Shown: positions 17,815-26,970 of the stretch, piece after piece | Position numbering within the stretch: the stretch's first letter is position 1 | How the letters are laid out: each line of letters begins with the position of its first letter | Assembly (NCBI GenBank): GCA_041908445.1 | Contig: JAYRFK010000023.1 | Span: 7,161-71,160 of the forward strand | Origin: Acidimicrobiales bacterium | GTDB taxonomy: Bacteria; Actinomycetota; Acidimicrobiia; Acidimicrobiales; DATDAH01 | Length of the DNA: 64,000 nt | Direction of reading: 5' to 3' | Position numbers and translations under genes: made by a program | Notes under the pieces: generated by a model | What the model saw: only the letters and a program-made list of their open reading frames with translations | The model's database searches: none | Told to the model about the DNA's origin: nothing

Positions 17815-17845
17815 CGACCGACCTTCGACCGACCTTCGACCGACC
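17815..17845. repeat. 11-bp tandem repeat (CGACCGACCTT x2.8) followed by (ACACC)2
   Basis: cgaccgacctt cgaccgacctt cgaccgacc lies between the LivHMG stop and the SBP RBS. Confidence 0.6.
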
Positions 17846-17872
17846 ACACCACACCAACCAGGGGGAACCACC

Positions 17873-19222
17873 GTGCGCAGGACCATCCTCGCCGTGACCG
17901 CAGCCGCGCTGCTGCTGTTCGGCTGCACCTCCGGCGACTCGTCGTCGTCGGACACCACCAGCGGGGGCGACAGCACCGCCTCCACCACCGCCCAGACCTT
18001 CCCGACCGGGCCGGCGCCGGGCGTCACCGACACCAGCGTCAAGGTGGGCGTGACCTACGTCGACCTGGCCAGCCTGGCCGGCATCGTCGACATCGACCAC
18101 GGCGACTACGAGGCGGCCTACACCGCGCTGTTCGACTCGATCAACGCCGAGGGCGGCATCAACGGCCGCACCATCGAGCCGGTCTTCGCCCCCATCGCCC
18201 CGACCGGGAACGAGCCCGCCGACGCCGCCTGCACGAAGCTCACCGAGGACGACGACGTCTTCCTCATCATGGGCTTCTTCCTCGGCGACAACGTGCTGTG
18301 CCCGGTCGAGGCCCACTCGACCGCGGTCATCGGCGGCGTGCTCACCGCCGAGCGCCTGGCCCGGGCCGACGCCCCCTGGTACTCCAACGAGGGCAGTGAG
18401 GACCTCCAGGCCGAGGCCGTGCGCTCGATGGCCGAGGCGGGCGACCTCGACGGCACCGTCGGCGTCTTCGGAGGGCCCGAGGAGCAGACCCTCATGGACG
18501 ACGTGATCCTGCCGCTGCTCGACGAGCTCGGCGTCGACGTGGCCGAGTCCGCCATCGTCGACCAGAGCGCCGACGACACCGCCGGCACCGACAACTCCAC
18601 CCAGGTGATCGGCCAGCGCTTCGAGGCCGCCGGCGTCGACCAGGTGATCGTGCTCGGCACCTCGAGCATCGCCTGGGCCCGGGGTATCGCCGCCACCGAC
18701 TACCGGCCGGCGCTGCGCTTCACCGAGCAGGGCGCCATCAACACCTACGTGGGCCAGGAGAGCGCGGACCTGACCCTGATGGAGGGCGCCGAGCTCGGTG
18801 GCCTCTTCGGCGGCTCGGCCAACCAGTACCAGCTCCCGGCGATGCAGGACTGCCTCGGGATCATCGAGGACGCCGGCATCGAGGTGCCCGACCCCGAGGG
18901 CCAGGAGACCGTCGACAACCAGCCCTGGACCTCCTCCATGACCGCCTGCTCCCAGGTGATGCTGTTCCAGGCGCTCGTCGAGGCGGCCGGCGAGGACCTC
19001 AACTACGGGTCGCTGCAGGGCGGCGCCGAGGGCCTCGTGGTCGACATGCCCAACCAGCCCGAGCCCTTGACCTTCGGCAACGGCGAGCACGGCGACGGCG
19101 ACCCGCCGGCGTACCTGTTCGACTTCGACGCCGACAGCCGGGCGTTCGTCCTCCGCGAGGGCCAGACCGGTGACGCCGGCGACGGCGGTAGCTCCGACAC
19201 CACGGACACCACCGCCGACTGA
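17873..19222 (+). CDS. ABC-transporter substrate-binding lipoprotein (LivK-like)
   Basis: MRRTILAVTAAALLLFGCTSGDSSSSD gives a signal peptide with a lipobox and a Ser/Thr linker. It is a clear paralogue of 29047-30372 (shared GVTD..KVGVTYVD...GGINGR.IEPVFAPI...KLTED.DVFLI.GFFL). Confidence 0.85.
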   Translation: MRRTILAVTAAALLLFGCTSGDSSSSDTTSGGDSTASTTAQTFPTGPAPGVTDTSVKVGVTYVDLASLAGIVDIDHGDYEAAYTALFDSINAEGGINGRTIEPVFAPIAPTGNEPADAACTKLTEDDDVFLIMGFFLGDNVLCPVEAHSTAVIGGVLTAERLARADAPWYSNEGSEDLQAEAVRSMAEAGDLDGTVGVFGGPEEQTLMDDVILPLLDELGVDVAESAIVDQSADDTAGTDNSTQVIGQRFEAAGVDQVIVLGTSSIAWARGIAATDYRPALRFTEQGAINTYVGQESADLTLMEGAELGGLFGGSANQYQLPAMQDCLGIIEDAGIEVPDPEGQETVDNQPWTSSMTACSQVMLFQALVEAAGEDLNYGSLQGGAEGLVVDMPNQPEPLTFGNGEHGDGDPPAYLFDFDADSRAFVLREGQTGDAGDGGSSDTTDTTAD

Positions 19223-19232
19223 ACCCGTTTGC

Positions 19233-19273
19233 GCACCGGTCGGGCACGGCGTCGCGCCGGGCCCGACCGGTGC
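19233..19273 (+). terminator. hairpin terminator candidate after the SBP gene (13-bp perfect stem)
   Basis: GCACCGGTCGGGC-acggcgtcgcgccgg-GCCCGACCGGTGC. There is no U-tract, which I recall is frequent for intrinsic terminators in high-GC actinobacteria. Confidence 0.4.
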
Positions 19274-19326
19274 CCGACGCGCCCCCAACCGGCCCTCGAC
19301 GGGCCCAGCGAGGAAGGTGACCTGCC

Positions 19327-20298
19327 GTGAGCGACACCCCCGACGTCCCCCGCGTGACCCACCCCGACGCCGACGACCAGCTGGACCCCTGGGTCGTGCA
19401 GTGGATGGTCGACAACCCGCTGCGGGCGGGGGTGTTCGACACCCTCGACCCCGCGATCCTCCCGCTGGCCCGGGGCGACAACCCCTTCCCCGTGACCCGG
19501 GAGATCGCCAAGGTCACCGACGAGGAGGTCGCCGGCGTCCCCGTGCGCATCTACGAGCACGACGAGCCCGCCACCGGGCTGCTGGTCTACCTGCACGGCG
19601 GCGGCTTCTGCATCGGCAGCATCGGCCTGATGGACAACGTGGCCCGCGAGCTCGCCCACGCCACCGGCGCCGCGGTGGTCTCGGTGGAGTACCGCCTCGC
19701 CCCCGAGCACCCGTACCCGGCGGGCCTCGACGACTGCGAGACCGTGACCCGCTGGGCGCTGGCCAGCACCGAACGCTTCGGCGTCGCCCCGGGCCAGGTG
19801 GTGGTGGGCGGCGAGAGCGCCGGCGGCAACCTCACCGCGGCGGTGGCGCTGCGCCTCCGGCGCGACCCGGCCGAGGCACCCCTCGCCGCCCAGCTCCTGC
19901 TCTACCCGGGCACCGCCGGCCGTGCCGACGACGCCGACCTGCCGTCACGCGAGTACTTCGACGGCATCGTCCTCAGCGACAAGGCCCGGGACGTGTTCTG
20001 GGGCGCGTACAGCGCCGGCCGCGACCTCGACGGCGACCCCGAGGCGGCGCCGCTGTGGGCCGACGACCTCACCGGCCTCCCGCCGGCCATCGTCGTCCTC
20101 GGCGGCTGCGACGTGCTCCGCGACGAGGGCCGCGCCTACGCCCGTCGCCTCGCCGAGGCGGGCGTGCCCACCCACGAGGTCTGCTACCCGGGCCAGCCCC
20201 ACGGCTTCTTGAACCACGACTTCCCCGCCGCCGCGGAGGCGTGGGCCGAGGTCGGCACCTGGCTCCGCCCGATCCTCGCCGCCGCCTCCTCCTCCTGA
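19327..20298 (+). CDS. alpha/beta hydrolase, hormone-sensitive-lipase-type esterase
   Basis: 323 aa with the HGGGF oxyanion motif (YLHGGGFCIGS) and the GESAGGNL nucleophile elbow. Confidence 0.85.
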   Translation: MSDTPDVPRVTHPDADDQLDPWVVQWMVDNPLRAGVFDTLDPAILPLARGDNPFPVTREIAKVTDEEVAGVPVRIYEHDEPATGLLVYLHGGGFCIGSIGLMDNVARELAHATGAAVVSVEYRLAPEHPYPAGLDDCETVTRWALASTERFGVAPGQVVVGGESAGGNLTAAVALRLRRDPAEAPLAAQLLLYPGTAGRADDADLPSREYFDGIVLSDKARDVFWGAYSAGRDLDGDPEAAPLWADDLTGLPPAIVVLGGCDVLRDEGRAYARRLAEAGVPTHEVCYPGQPHGFLNHDFPAAAEAWAEVGTWLRPILAAASSS

Positions 20299-20310
20299 CC
20301 TCGACACACG

Positions 20311-20361
20311 CTTCTTCCAGCAGAAGCGGAAGGTCCCACCTTCCGTTTCTGCTGGAGGAAC
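20311..20361. repeat. 51-bp hairpin repeat, copy 2
   Basis: CTTCTTCCAGCAGAAGCGGAAGGT-ccc-ACCTTCCGTTTCTGCTGGAGGAAC. It matches copy 1 at 47 of 51 positions and lies between the convergent esterase and GH3 genes, so it may also act as a bidirectional terminator. Confidence 0.7.
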
Positions 20362-20367
20362 GACGGA

Positions 20368-22938
20368 TCAGGGCTGAGCCGGCGCGTCCGCTTGGTCGTC
20401 GGGCTCGGGGGCGGGTGGGGCGGGGACCTCGACGGTGGCCCGGCCGGTGAGGTCGGCCGACGAGCGGCCCACCAGCAGGGTGTAGGTGCCGGGGTCGACC
20501 TGCCAGCCGGGGGCGCGGCGCTCGGCTCGTAACTGGGCGCCGAGCATGTCGCCGAGGCGCTCGGCCACGGCGTCGGCGTCGGGCTCGCCCGGGTCCCCGT
20601 AGGCGAACGACCGGTCGTCCAGCACGAGGTCGACGGTGGTCGTCTCCCCCGGAGCGAGGCGCACCTTGGCGAAGGCCTTGAGCTCCTTCGGGGGACGGAC
20701 GAGGCGGGGCGACTCGGTGGCCACGTAGAGCTGCACCACCTCGGCGCCGGGCCGGTCGCCGGTGTTGGTCACGGGCACCGACACGGTGAGCGTGTCGCCG
20801 GGCTCGAACGTGGACGACGACAGCGTCGGCTCCCCGAGGGCGAAGGTCGTGTAGCCGAGGCCGTGGCCGAACGGGAACCGGGGCGTGATGGCCCGGTGCT
20901 CGAAGCCCCGGTAGCCCATGAACACGCCCTCGCCGTAGCGGACGTGGCCGTTCTCGCCGGGGAAGTTGTCGTGCGACGGCGAGTGCTCGACCCGCTCGGG
21001 GTACGTCGTCGGGAGGCGCCCGCCGGGCTCGAGCGCGCCGGTGAGCACGTCGGCGACCGCCGGGCCGAGCTCCTGGCCGCCGAACCAGCACTGGAGGGTG
21101 GCGGCCACGTCGTCGACCCACGGCAGGTCCACCGGAGAGGCGGCGTTCACGACCACCGCTGTGCGGGGGTTGGCCGCGAGCACCCGGCGGACCAGGTCGT
21201 CCTGGCCACGGGGCAGCGCGAAGGACGTGCGGTCGCGGCCCTCGGTCTCCCACTCATGGTTGGTGCCGACGAACACCACCGCCACGTCGGCGTCCGCGGC
21301 CGTGGCCACCGCCTCGTCGAGGAGGGCGGCGGCGTCGGCGGTCCGGAAGCCGACCCGCACGCCCGCCATGCCCGAGCCCCGGTAGAAGTAGTCGACCCGG
21401 ACCGCGACCGGGGTGCCCACGGTGACCTCGATCTCGGTCACCTTGTCGAGGCTGGCGTAGCCGAAGAAGTCGCTGCCGCCGCGCGGCGGCGGGTCCTCCA
21501 CGCCGTCGAGCACGAGCTCGTCGTCGAGGTACACCCGGGCCGTGCCCACCTGGGCGAGGGAGAGCTCGAAGCGGCCCGACACGACGGGCACGACGGTGCC
21601 GGTGATGCGCATGGTCCAGCGCTCGTCCTCCCCCTCGGGCTGGCCGAGGCGCACGATCATCTTGCGCAGCTCGTCGAGCTGGTCGCGCTCGAGGAGCTCG
21701 CCGTCGAACTCCTCGCCGGCGAAGCGCTCCAGGGTGAAGCCGTCGGGCACCGGCAGCACCGAGGTGCCCAGCACGGCGGCCGACCGGCCGATCTCCAGGG
21801 CGCGCGCGTAGGTGACCTCCACGCCGTCGCCGAGGGCGGCGGTGAGGGCGTCGAGGGGGCTCACCTGTGGGTGCTGCACCACCTGGGCGGAGCCGCCGCC
21901 GACGATGCAGGCCGACACCGCGGGCTCGCCGATGACGGCCACCCGCCCCACGGCGCCGGCGTTGATCGGCAGGAGGCCGTCGTTGGCGAAGAGCACGCAG
22001 GCGTCGGCGGCGGCGCGCCGCAGCAGGTCCACGTCCGCCGCGGTGGGCGGCTGGGGCACGACCGGCGGCGTCGGCTCGTCGAGCGCGCCGATGCGGTCGA
22101 GGGCGTGGAGCAGGCGGGTCACGGCGGCGTCGAGGTCGGCCTCGGGCACCCGCCCCTCGGCCACGGCCTCGCGCACGACGTCGCCGAGGGCCCGCGCCGG
22201 CGCCGGCATCTCGAGGTCGAGGCCGGATCGCAGCGACGTCTCGGTGCTGGCCACGGCGAACCAGTCGGTCATCACCAGGCCCTCGAAGCCCCAGTCGTCA
22301 CGCAGGAGGTCGACGAGCATCGCCTCCTGCTCGGTGAGCCAGCTCCCGTTGAGCCGGTTGTAGGACGTCATGATCCCGAGGGCGCCGCCCTCCTTCACCG
22401 CCAGCTCGAAGGGCACGAGGTAGAGCTCGCGCAGCGAGCGCTCGTCCACGTCGGAGCTGATGGTCATGCGCTCGAACTCGGCCTCGTTCGCCACGAAGTG
22501 CTTCACCGTGGCGAACACGCCGTTGCCCTGCACGCCCCGCACGTAGCCGGCGGCGAGCTTCCCCGAGAGGTACGGGTCCTCGGAGTAGCACTCGAAGTTG
22601 CGACCGGCGTAGGGGTGGCGGTGGAGGTTGACCGTCGGCGCCAGCAGGCCCCGACAGCCCCGCTCGAACGCCTCGCGGCCGACGAGCTCGCCGAGTGCCT
22701 CGGCGACCGCCGGGTCCCACGTGGCGCCGACCGCCGAGCCGCACGGCAGGCAGCTCGACGCCGCGCCGCCGGCCCCCGGGTAGCTGAGGCCGCGTGCGCC
22801 CGACGGCCCGTCGGTGACGTTCACCTGGGGGATCCCGACCCGCTCGACAGCGACCAACGAGAACATGTCGGCGCCGGCGGTCAGCGCCGCCTTCTCCTCG
22901 AGCGTCAGCGCGGCGACGAGCGCCTCGACGTCAGCCAT
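20368..22938 (-). CDS. glycoside hydrolase family 3 beta-glucosidase with PA14 insert and C-terminal Fn3-like domain
   Basis: 856 aa. LTLEEKAALTAG...VTDGPSGARG, ...VMTDW... and a C-terminal GETTTVDLVLDDRSFAY pattern fit GH3. There is no signal peptide. Confidence 0.9.
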   Translation of the reverse strand: MADVEALVAALTLEEKAALTAGADMFSLVAVERVGIPQVNVTDGPSGARGLSYPGAGGAASSCLPCGSAVGATWDPAVAEALGELVGREAFERGCRGLLAPTVNLHRHPYAGRNFECYSEDPYLSGKLAAGYVRGVQGNGVFATVKHFVANEAEFERMTISSDVDERSLRELYLVPFELAVKEGGALGIMTSYNRLNGSWLTEQEAMLVDLLRDDWGFEGLVMTDWFAVASTETSLRSGLDLEMPAPARALGDVVREAVAEGRVPEADLDAAVTRLLHALDRIGALDEPTPPVVPQPPTAADVDLLRRAAADACVLFANDGLLPINAGAVGRVAVIGEPAVSACIVGGGSAQVVQHPQVSPLDALTAALGDGVEVTYARALEIGRSAAVLGTSVLPVPDGFTLERFAGEEFDGELLERDQLDELRKMIVRLGQPEGEDERWTMRITGTVVPVVSGRFELSLAQVGTARVYLDDELVLDGVEDPPPRGGSDFFGYASLDKVTEIEVTVGTPVAVRVDYFYRGSGMAGVRVGFRTADAAALLDEAVATAADADVAVVFVGTNHEWETEGRDRTSFALPRGQDDLVRRVLAANPRTAVVVNAASPVDLPWVDDVAATLQCWFGGQELGPAVADVLTGALEPGGRLPTTYPERVEHSPSHDNFPGENGHVRYGEGVFMGYRGFEHRAITPRFPFGHGLGYTTFALGEPTLSSSTFEPGDTLTVSVPVTNTGDRPGAEVVQLYVATESPRLVRPPKELKAFAKVRLAPGETTTVDLVLDDRSFAYGDPGEPDADAVAERLGDMLGAQLRAERRAPGWQVDPGTYTLLVGRSSADLTGRATVEVPAPPAPEPDDQADAPAQP

Positions 22939-23030
22939 GGGGTTCCCCCGTTCCTTCTCTGCGACTGCGGCACCGCCACCCGACGGGCGCCCGCCGACGG
23001 TAGTGGTCCCACGCCGGCCCGACGCCTTCT

Positions 23031-23080
23031 GGGACCAGCAGGTCGTTCCTCACGACAGCAGGCTGGTCCCGGAGCGAGGG
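23031..23080 (-). terminator. interrupted hairpin between the Gfo/Idh/MocA stop and the GH3 start
   Basis: GGGACCAGC...GTCGT-tcctc-ACGAC...GCTGGTCCC. It could be a terminator or an attenuator. Confidence 0.3.
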
Positions 23081-23089
23081 CGCCGAGGG

Positions 23090-24082
23090 TCAGACCGAGG
23101 GACCGTGGGCACCAGTGCCGGGCGGGGCGTCCTCGCCCGGGTAGACCATGCCGATCTGGGCGCGGATGGCGTCGAGGGTCTCGGCGAGGACGAGCGTCTC
23201 CGACAACGGCATCACCGGGCTCTGGAGCTCGCCGGCGGCGAGGCAGCGGTGGACCTCGTGCACCTGGAAGCGCAGGCCGTTTCCCTCGTAGCCCGCCTCG
23301 ATGCGCTCGTGGTCGCCCGGGCCGTGGACGTCGAGCCAGGTCGGGCAGTGCATGAACGGTGGCAGGTCGATCCAGCCCTCGGTGCCCGAGATGCGGGCGC
23401 CACACGCCAGCGAGACCCGCAGCGCCGCCTTCACCACGCCGAGGCGGTCGCCCGGGTGGCGCAGCACGGCCGCCACCTGCTCGTCGACGCCGGTGGTGCC
23501 GACATGGCCGGCGGCGACGACCGCCTCGGGGTGTCCGAGGACGAGGGTGCACAGCTGCACCGGGTAGATGCCGAGGTCGAGCAGGCCGCCGCCGCCGGTG
23601 GCGAGGTCGAAGTGGCGGTGGTGCGGGTCGAAGGGCCAGCGCAGGGCGAACTCGGCGTCGACCTGCAGCACCTCGCCGATGCGACCCTCGCCGAGCACGT
23701 CGCCGAGCGCCACGTAGGACGGGAGGAACCGGCTCCACAGCGCCTCCATGCAGAACACGCCGTTGGCCGCGGCGGCGTCGGCCATGCGCCGGGCCTGGGT
23801 GGCGTTCAGGGCGAAGGGCTTCTCGCAGAGCACGGCCTTGCCCGCCTCGAGCATGAGCAGGGTCTCGGCCTCGTGGCGGGCGGCCACGGTGGCGACGTAG
23901 ACGACGTCCACGGCGGGGTCGTCGGCGAGGGCCCGGACGTCGCCGTAGGCGGTGTCGACCCCGAACTCTGCGGCAAAGGCGTCGGCCCGCTCCTGCGCGC
24001 TCGACGCCACCGCGGTGATGCGCCCGTCGTCCACGAGGGTCATCCCCTCGGCGAACCCGCGGGCGATGACCCCGGGCCCCAC
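23090..24082 (-). CDS. Gfo/Idh/MocA family oxidoreductase
   Basis: 330 aa from the track's GTG start. The N-terminal Rossmann strand (TVRWGVVGPGVIARGF) continues upstream in frame. The real start is probably CTG at 24103, overlapping the upstream stop (CTGA). Confidence 0.8.
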   Translation of the reverse strand: MGPGVIARGFAEGMTLVDDGRITAVASSAQERADAFAAEFGVDTAYGDVRALADDPAVDVVYVATVAARHEAETLLMLEAGKAVLCEKPFALNATQARRMADAAAANGVFCMEALWSRFLPSYVALGDVLGEGRIGEVLQVDAEFALRWPFDPHHRHFDLATGGGGLLDLGIYPVQLCTLVLGHPEAVVAAGHVGTTGVDEQVAAVLRHPGDRLGVVKAALRVSLACGARISGTEGWIDLPPFMHCPTWLDVHGPGDHERIEAGYEGNGLRFQVHEVHRCLAAGELQSPVMPLSETLVLAETLDAIRAQIGMVYPGEDAPPGTGAHGPSV

Positions 24083-24099
24083 GACCCCCCAGCGGACGG

Positions 24100-25095
24100 T
24101 CAGCGGTCGGCCCTCGGCGCCGGGGCCACGTCGACGACGACCTTGCCCACGGCGCCGCCGCCGCCGACCAGGGCCAGCGCGTCGGCGGCGCGATCGAGGG
24201 GGAAGCGGGCGCCGATGTGGGGCCGGACCCGGCCGCTCGCCAGCAGGTCGAGCAGCTCGGCCTCGTTGCGGGCGGCGTCGTCGGGCTGGTTCACCATGAA
24301 GGAGAGGAACTCGAAGGCCCGGATCTGGCTGCCCTTGAGCAGCACCAGGTTGAGCGGCACACGCGGGATCGTCCCCGAGGCGAAGCCCACGGTGACGAAC
24401 CGGCCGCCGTAGTGCAGCGAGCGGAGCGCTGGCTCGGCCAGGTCGCCGCCGACCGGGTCGACCACCACGTCGGCGCCATCGGGGAGCTGCTCACGCAGGG
24501 CCTGGCGCAGGTCACCGGCCGTGTGGTCGACGAGCCGGGTCGCGCCCTCGGCCTCGGCGGCGGCCAGCTTCTCCGGCGACGACGCCACCGCGGTGACGGT
24601 GGCCCCGAGCAGCGCGGCGAGCTGGACGGTGGCCAGGCCGACACCGCCGCCGGCGCCGAGCACCACGACCTCCTCACCGGGCTGGACCTCGGCGACCGAG
24701 CGCAGGGTGTGCCACGCGGTGCGGTGGGCGACCCCGAAGGCGGCGGCGTCCGCCTCGGCCACCCCGTCGGGGATGGCGGTGACCGCGGTGGCGCCCACCG
24801 CGACCTCCTCGGCGAAGGCGCCGACCAGGCCAGTGCCGAAGACCCGGTCGCCGACCGCCGGCGAGGCCACGTCGTCGGCCACCTCGGTCACCGTGCCGGC
24901 GAACTCGCTACCGGGGACGAAGGGTGGCGGCACCTTGATCTGGTACTCCCCCGCCACGAGCAGCACGTCGGGGAAGTTCACCGCCGCGGCGGCGACGGCG
25001 ACCCGGACCTGCCCCGGGCCGAGCTCGGGCGACGGGCGCTCCTCCACGGTGACCACCTCCGGCGGTCCCCACGCCGGGCACCACGCCGCCCGCAC
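24100..25095 (-). CDS. NADPH:quinone oxidoreductase / zinc-type MDR family dehydrogenase
   Basis: 331 aa. VRVAVAAAAVNFPDVLLVAGEYQ...PFVPGSEFAGTV...VLGAGGGVGLATVQLA matches the quinone-oxidoreductase-like MDR pattern. Confidence 0.85.
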   Translation of the reverse strand: MRAAWCPAWGPPEVVTVEERPSPELGPGQVRVAVAAAAVNFPDVLLVAGEYQIKVPPPFVPGSEFAGTVTEVADDVASPAVGDRVFGTGLVGAFAEEVAVGATAVTAIPDGVAEADAAAFGVAHRTAWHTLRSVAEVQPGEEVVVLGAGGGVGLATVQLAALLGATVTAVASSPEKLAAAEAEGATRLVDHTAGDLRQALREQLPDGADVVVDPVGGDLAEPALRSLHYGGRFVTVGFASGTIPRVPLNLVLLKGSQIRAFEFLSFMVNQPDDAARNEAELLDLLASGRVRPHIGARFPLDRAADALALVGGGGAVGKVVVDVAPAPRADR

Positions 25096-25097
25096 GG

Positions 25098-25877
25098 TCA
25101 GCGGCCCTTCCAGTCCGGAGCGCGCTTCTCCACGAAGGCCCGGGCCCCCTCCTGGGCGTCCTCGCTCGAGAACACCACCTTCTGCCAGTGGCGCTGGCGC
25201 TCGTTGGCCTTGTCGGTGTCGACCAGGACGAGCCGGGCGATCTCCCTGACCGCGGCGACCCCGAGGGGGCCGTTGGCGGCGATGCGCTCGGCCAGTGAAA
25301 CGGCGGTGTCCACCACGGCGTCGGGGGCGACGACCGAGTTGACCAGGCCCATCTCGTAGGCCCGGGGCGCGTCGACGAGATCGCCGGTGAGGAGCATCTC
25401 CAGCGCGAGGCCGAGGGGCACCCGCAGCGGGAGGAACGTGCCCCGCCCACCCGGGAACAGCCCCCGCTTCACCTCGGGGAGCCCGAAGCGGGCGTCGCCC
25501 GACGCCACGATCAGGTCGCAGCCGAGCAGGAGCTCGAGGCCACCGCCCACCGCGGCGCCGTTGGCCGCCCCGATCAGCGGCACGGAGACGTCACCCGCCA
25601 TGAGCCGGTTGCCGGCCTTGGTCTCGGGGTCGTCGCCGACGCCGACCTGCTCGCCGGCGGCGAACGCGGCGAGGTCCATGCCGGCGCAGAAGGCCCGGTC
25701 CCCGGTGCCGGTGAGCACCAGCACCCGCAGCTCGGGGTCGGTCTCGGCCTCGAGCACCGCGGCCCCGATGGCCCGGAACAGCGAGGCGTTCAGCGAGTTG
25801 CGGGCGTCGGGGCGGTTGAGCCGGGCGACCAGCACCGGCCCGCGACGCTCCACCACCAGCTCGTCGGATTGGCTCAT
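25098..25877 (-). CDS. enoyl-CoA hydratase/isomerase family
   Basis: 259 aa. VLVARLNRPDARNSLN...GTGDRAFCAGMDL...AANGAAVGGGLELLL matches the crotonase pattern. Confidence 0.9.
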   Translation of the reverse strand: MSQSDELVVERRGPVLVARLNRPDARNSLNASLFRAIGAAVLEAETDPELRVLVLTGTGDRAFCAGMDLAAFAAGEQVGVGDDPETKAGNRLMAGDVSVPLIGAANGAAVGGGLELLLGCDLIVASGDARFGLPEVKRGLFPGGRGTFLPLRVPLGLALEMLLTGDLVDAPRAYEMGLVNSVVAPDAVVDTAVSLAERIAANGPLGVAAVREIARLVLVDTDKANERQRHWQKVVFSSEDAQEGARAFVEKRAPDWKGR

Positions 25878-25887
25878 GTCGGCCTCC

Positions 25888-26970
25888 TCAGCCCTGGTAG
25901 TCCGTGGACGCGGCCAGGTCGGCGGCGCCCTGCATCAGGTCGAGCACGATGGGCCCGAACGCGTTCAGCTTCGGATCCTCGCCGGCCCGCTGGTAGCCCT
26001 GCTCGAGCACCACGGCCAGCTTCCACTTGGCCAGCACGAGGTAGTAGTCGAGGTCGTCCACCTGGCGGCCGGAGACCTCGGCGTAGTGGGCGAGCATCTC
26101 CTCCTTGGAGGGCATGTCCTTCAGGTCGACGTAGCTCGACGTGGCCGCCTCGGGCGCCGACGTGTCGTCGGGCCAGCCCTGGAGCATCCAGGCCAGGTCG
26201 AGCTTGGGGTCCCCGACCGTGCCCATCTCCCAGTCCACGATCGCGGCCAGCCGGGCCGGCGCACCGTGGGCGAACATCACGTTGGCGAACTGGTAGTCGC
26301 CGTGCATGAGGCCGGGGACGAAGTCGATCGGCTTGTGGGCCCGCAGCCACGCCGACGCCTCGGCGAACCCGGGCAGCTCGCGGCCCTTGATGCGCTCGAG
26401 GAAGGCCGTCCACCGGTCGACCTGACGCTCGTGGAAGCCGTCGGGGCGGCCGAGGTCCTGGAGGCCCTTGGCCTGCCAGTCCACGTTGCCGAGCAGGGCG
26501 ATGCCCTCGGCGAGCTGGAAGGCGAGATCGCGCTTGGCGGCGACGTCGGTGTCGAATGGCGGCGGCCAGGGCTTGCCCCCGGACAGGCCCATGGGCGACC
26601 AGCCGTCCACGAAGCCCATCAGGTAGAAGGCCCGGCCGAGCACGTCGGTGTCGGGGCAGACGGCGATGGCCGCCGTGTGCGGCACGTCGGTGCCGTCGAG
26701 GGCCTCGATGATCCGCCACTCCCGGATGATCCCGGCGTCGCGGCTCTCGGGGGCGGTGGTGGGAGGGATGCGCAGGGCGCCGTGGAGCTCGCCGCGGCGG
26801 ACCTCGTAGATCTCGTTCTGCGAGCCACCGGAGATGAAGCGGGCCTCGATGGGCGCGCCGGCGGGGCCGAGGCCCTGGGCGTCCATCCACGGCGCGAGGC
26901 GCTCGACGTCGAGGGTGGGCTCGTCGCCGGCGGCGGGGTCGTCGGGGCTGGCGTCGGTCAGGCCGCTCAC
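25888..26970 (-). CDS. APH-type phosphotransferase (kinase) family protein, ACAD-associated
   Basis: GTG 26970 overlaps the ACAD stop (GTGA). The 360-aa product includes FISGGSQNEIYEV...LRIPP, ...HGDYQFANVMF and ...IVDWEM (Brenner/DxD-type APH motifs). The ORF-track extension to 28263 is antisense junk. Confidence 0.85.
   Translation of the reverse strand: MSGLTDASPDDPAAGDEPTLDVERLAPWMDAQGLGPAGAPIEARFISGGSQNEIYEVRRGELHGALRIPPTTAPESRDAGIIREWRIIEALDGTDVPHTAAIAVCPDTDVLGRAFYLMGFVDGWSPMGLSGGKPWPPPFDTDVAAKRDLAFQLAEGIALLGNVDWQAKGLQDLGRPDGFHERQVDRWTAFLERIKGRELPGFAEASAWLRAHKPIDFVPGLMHGDYQFANVMFAHGAPARLAAIVDWEMGTVGDPKLDLAWMLQGWPDDTSAPEAATSSYVDLKDMPSKEEMLAHYAEVSGRQVDDLDYYLVLAKWKLAVVLEQGYQRAGEDPKLNAFGPIVLDLMQGAADLAASTDYQG

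Noticed and set aside
20368-24082. GH3 beta-glucosidase, Gfo/Idh/MocA oxidoreductase and esterase considered as a dedicated glycolipid or steroid-glycoside deglycosylation system.
   Set aside because: Adjacency is the only evidence. The genes are separated by hairpins or terminators, lack a shared operator, and are common housekeeping-type families. This is too speculative to list as a finding.
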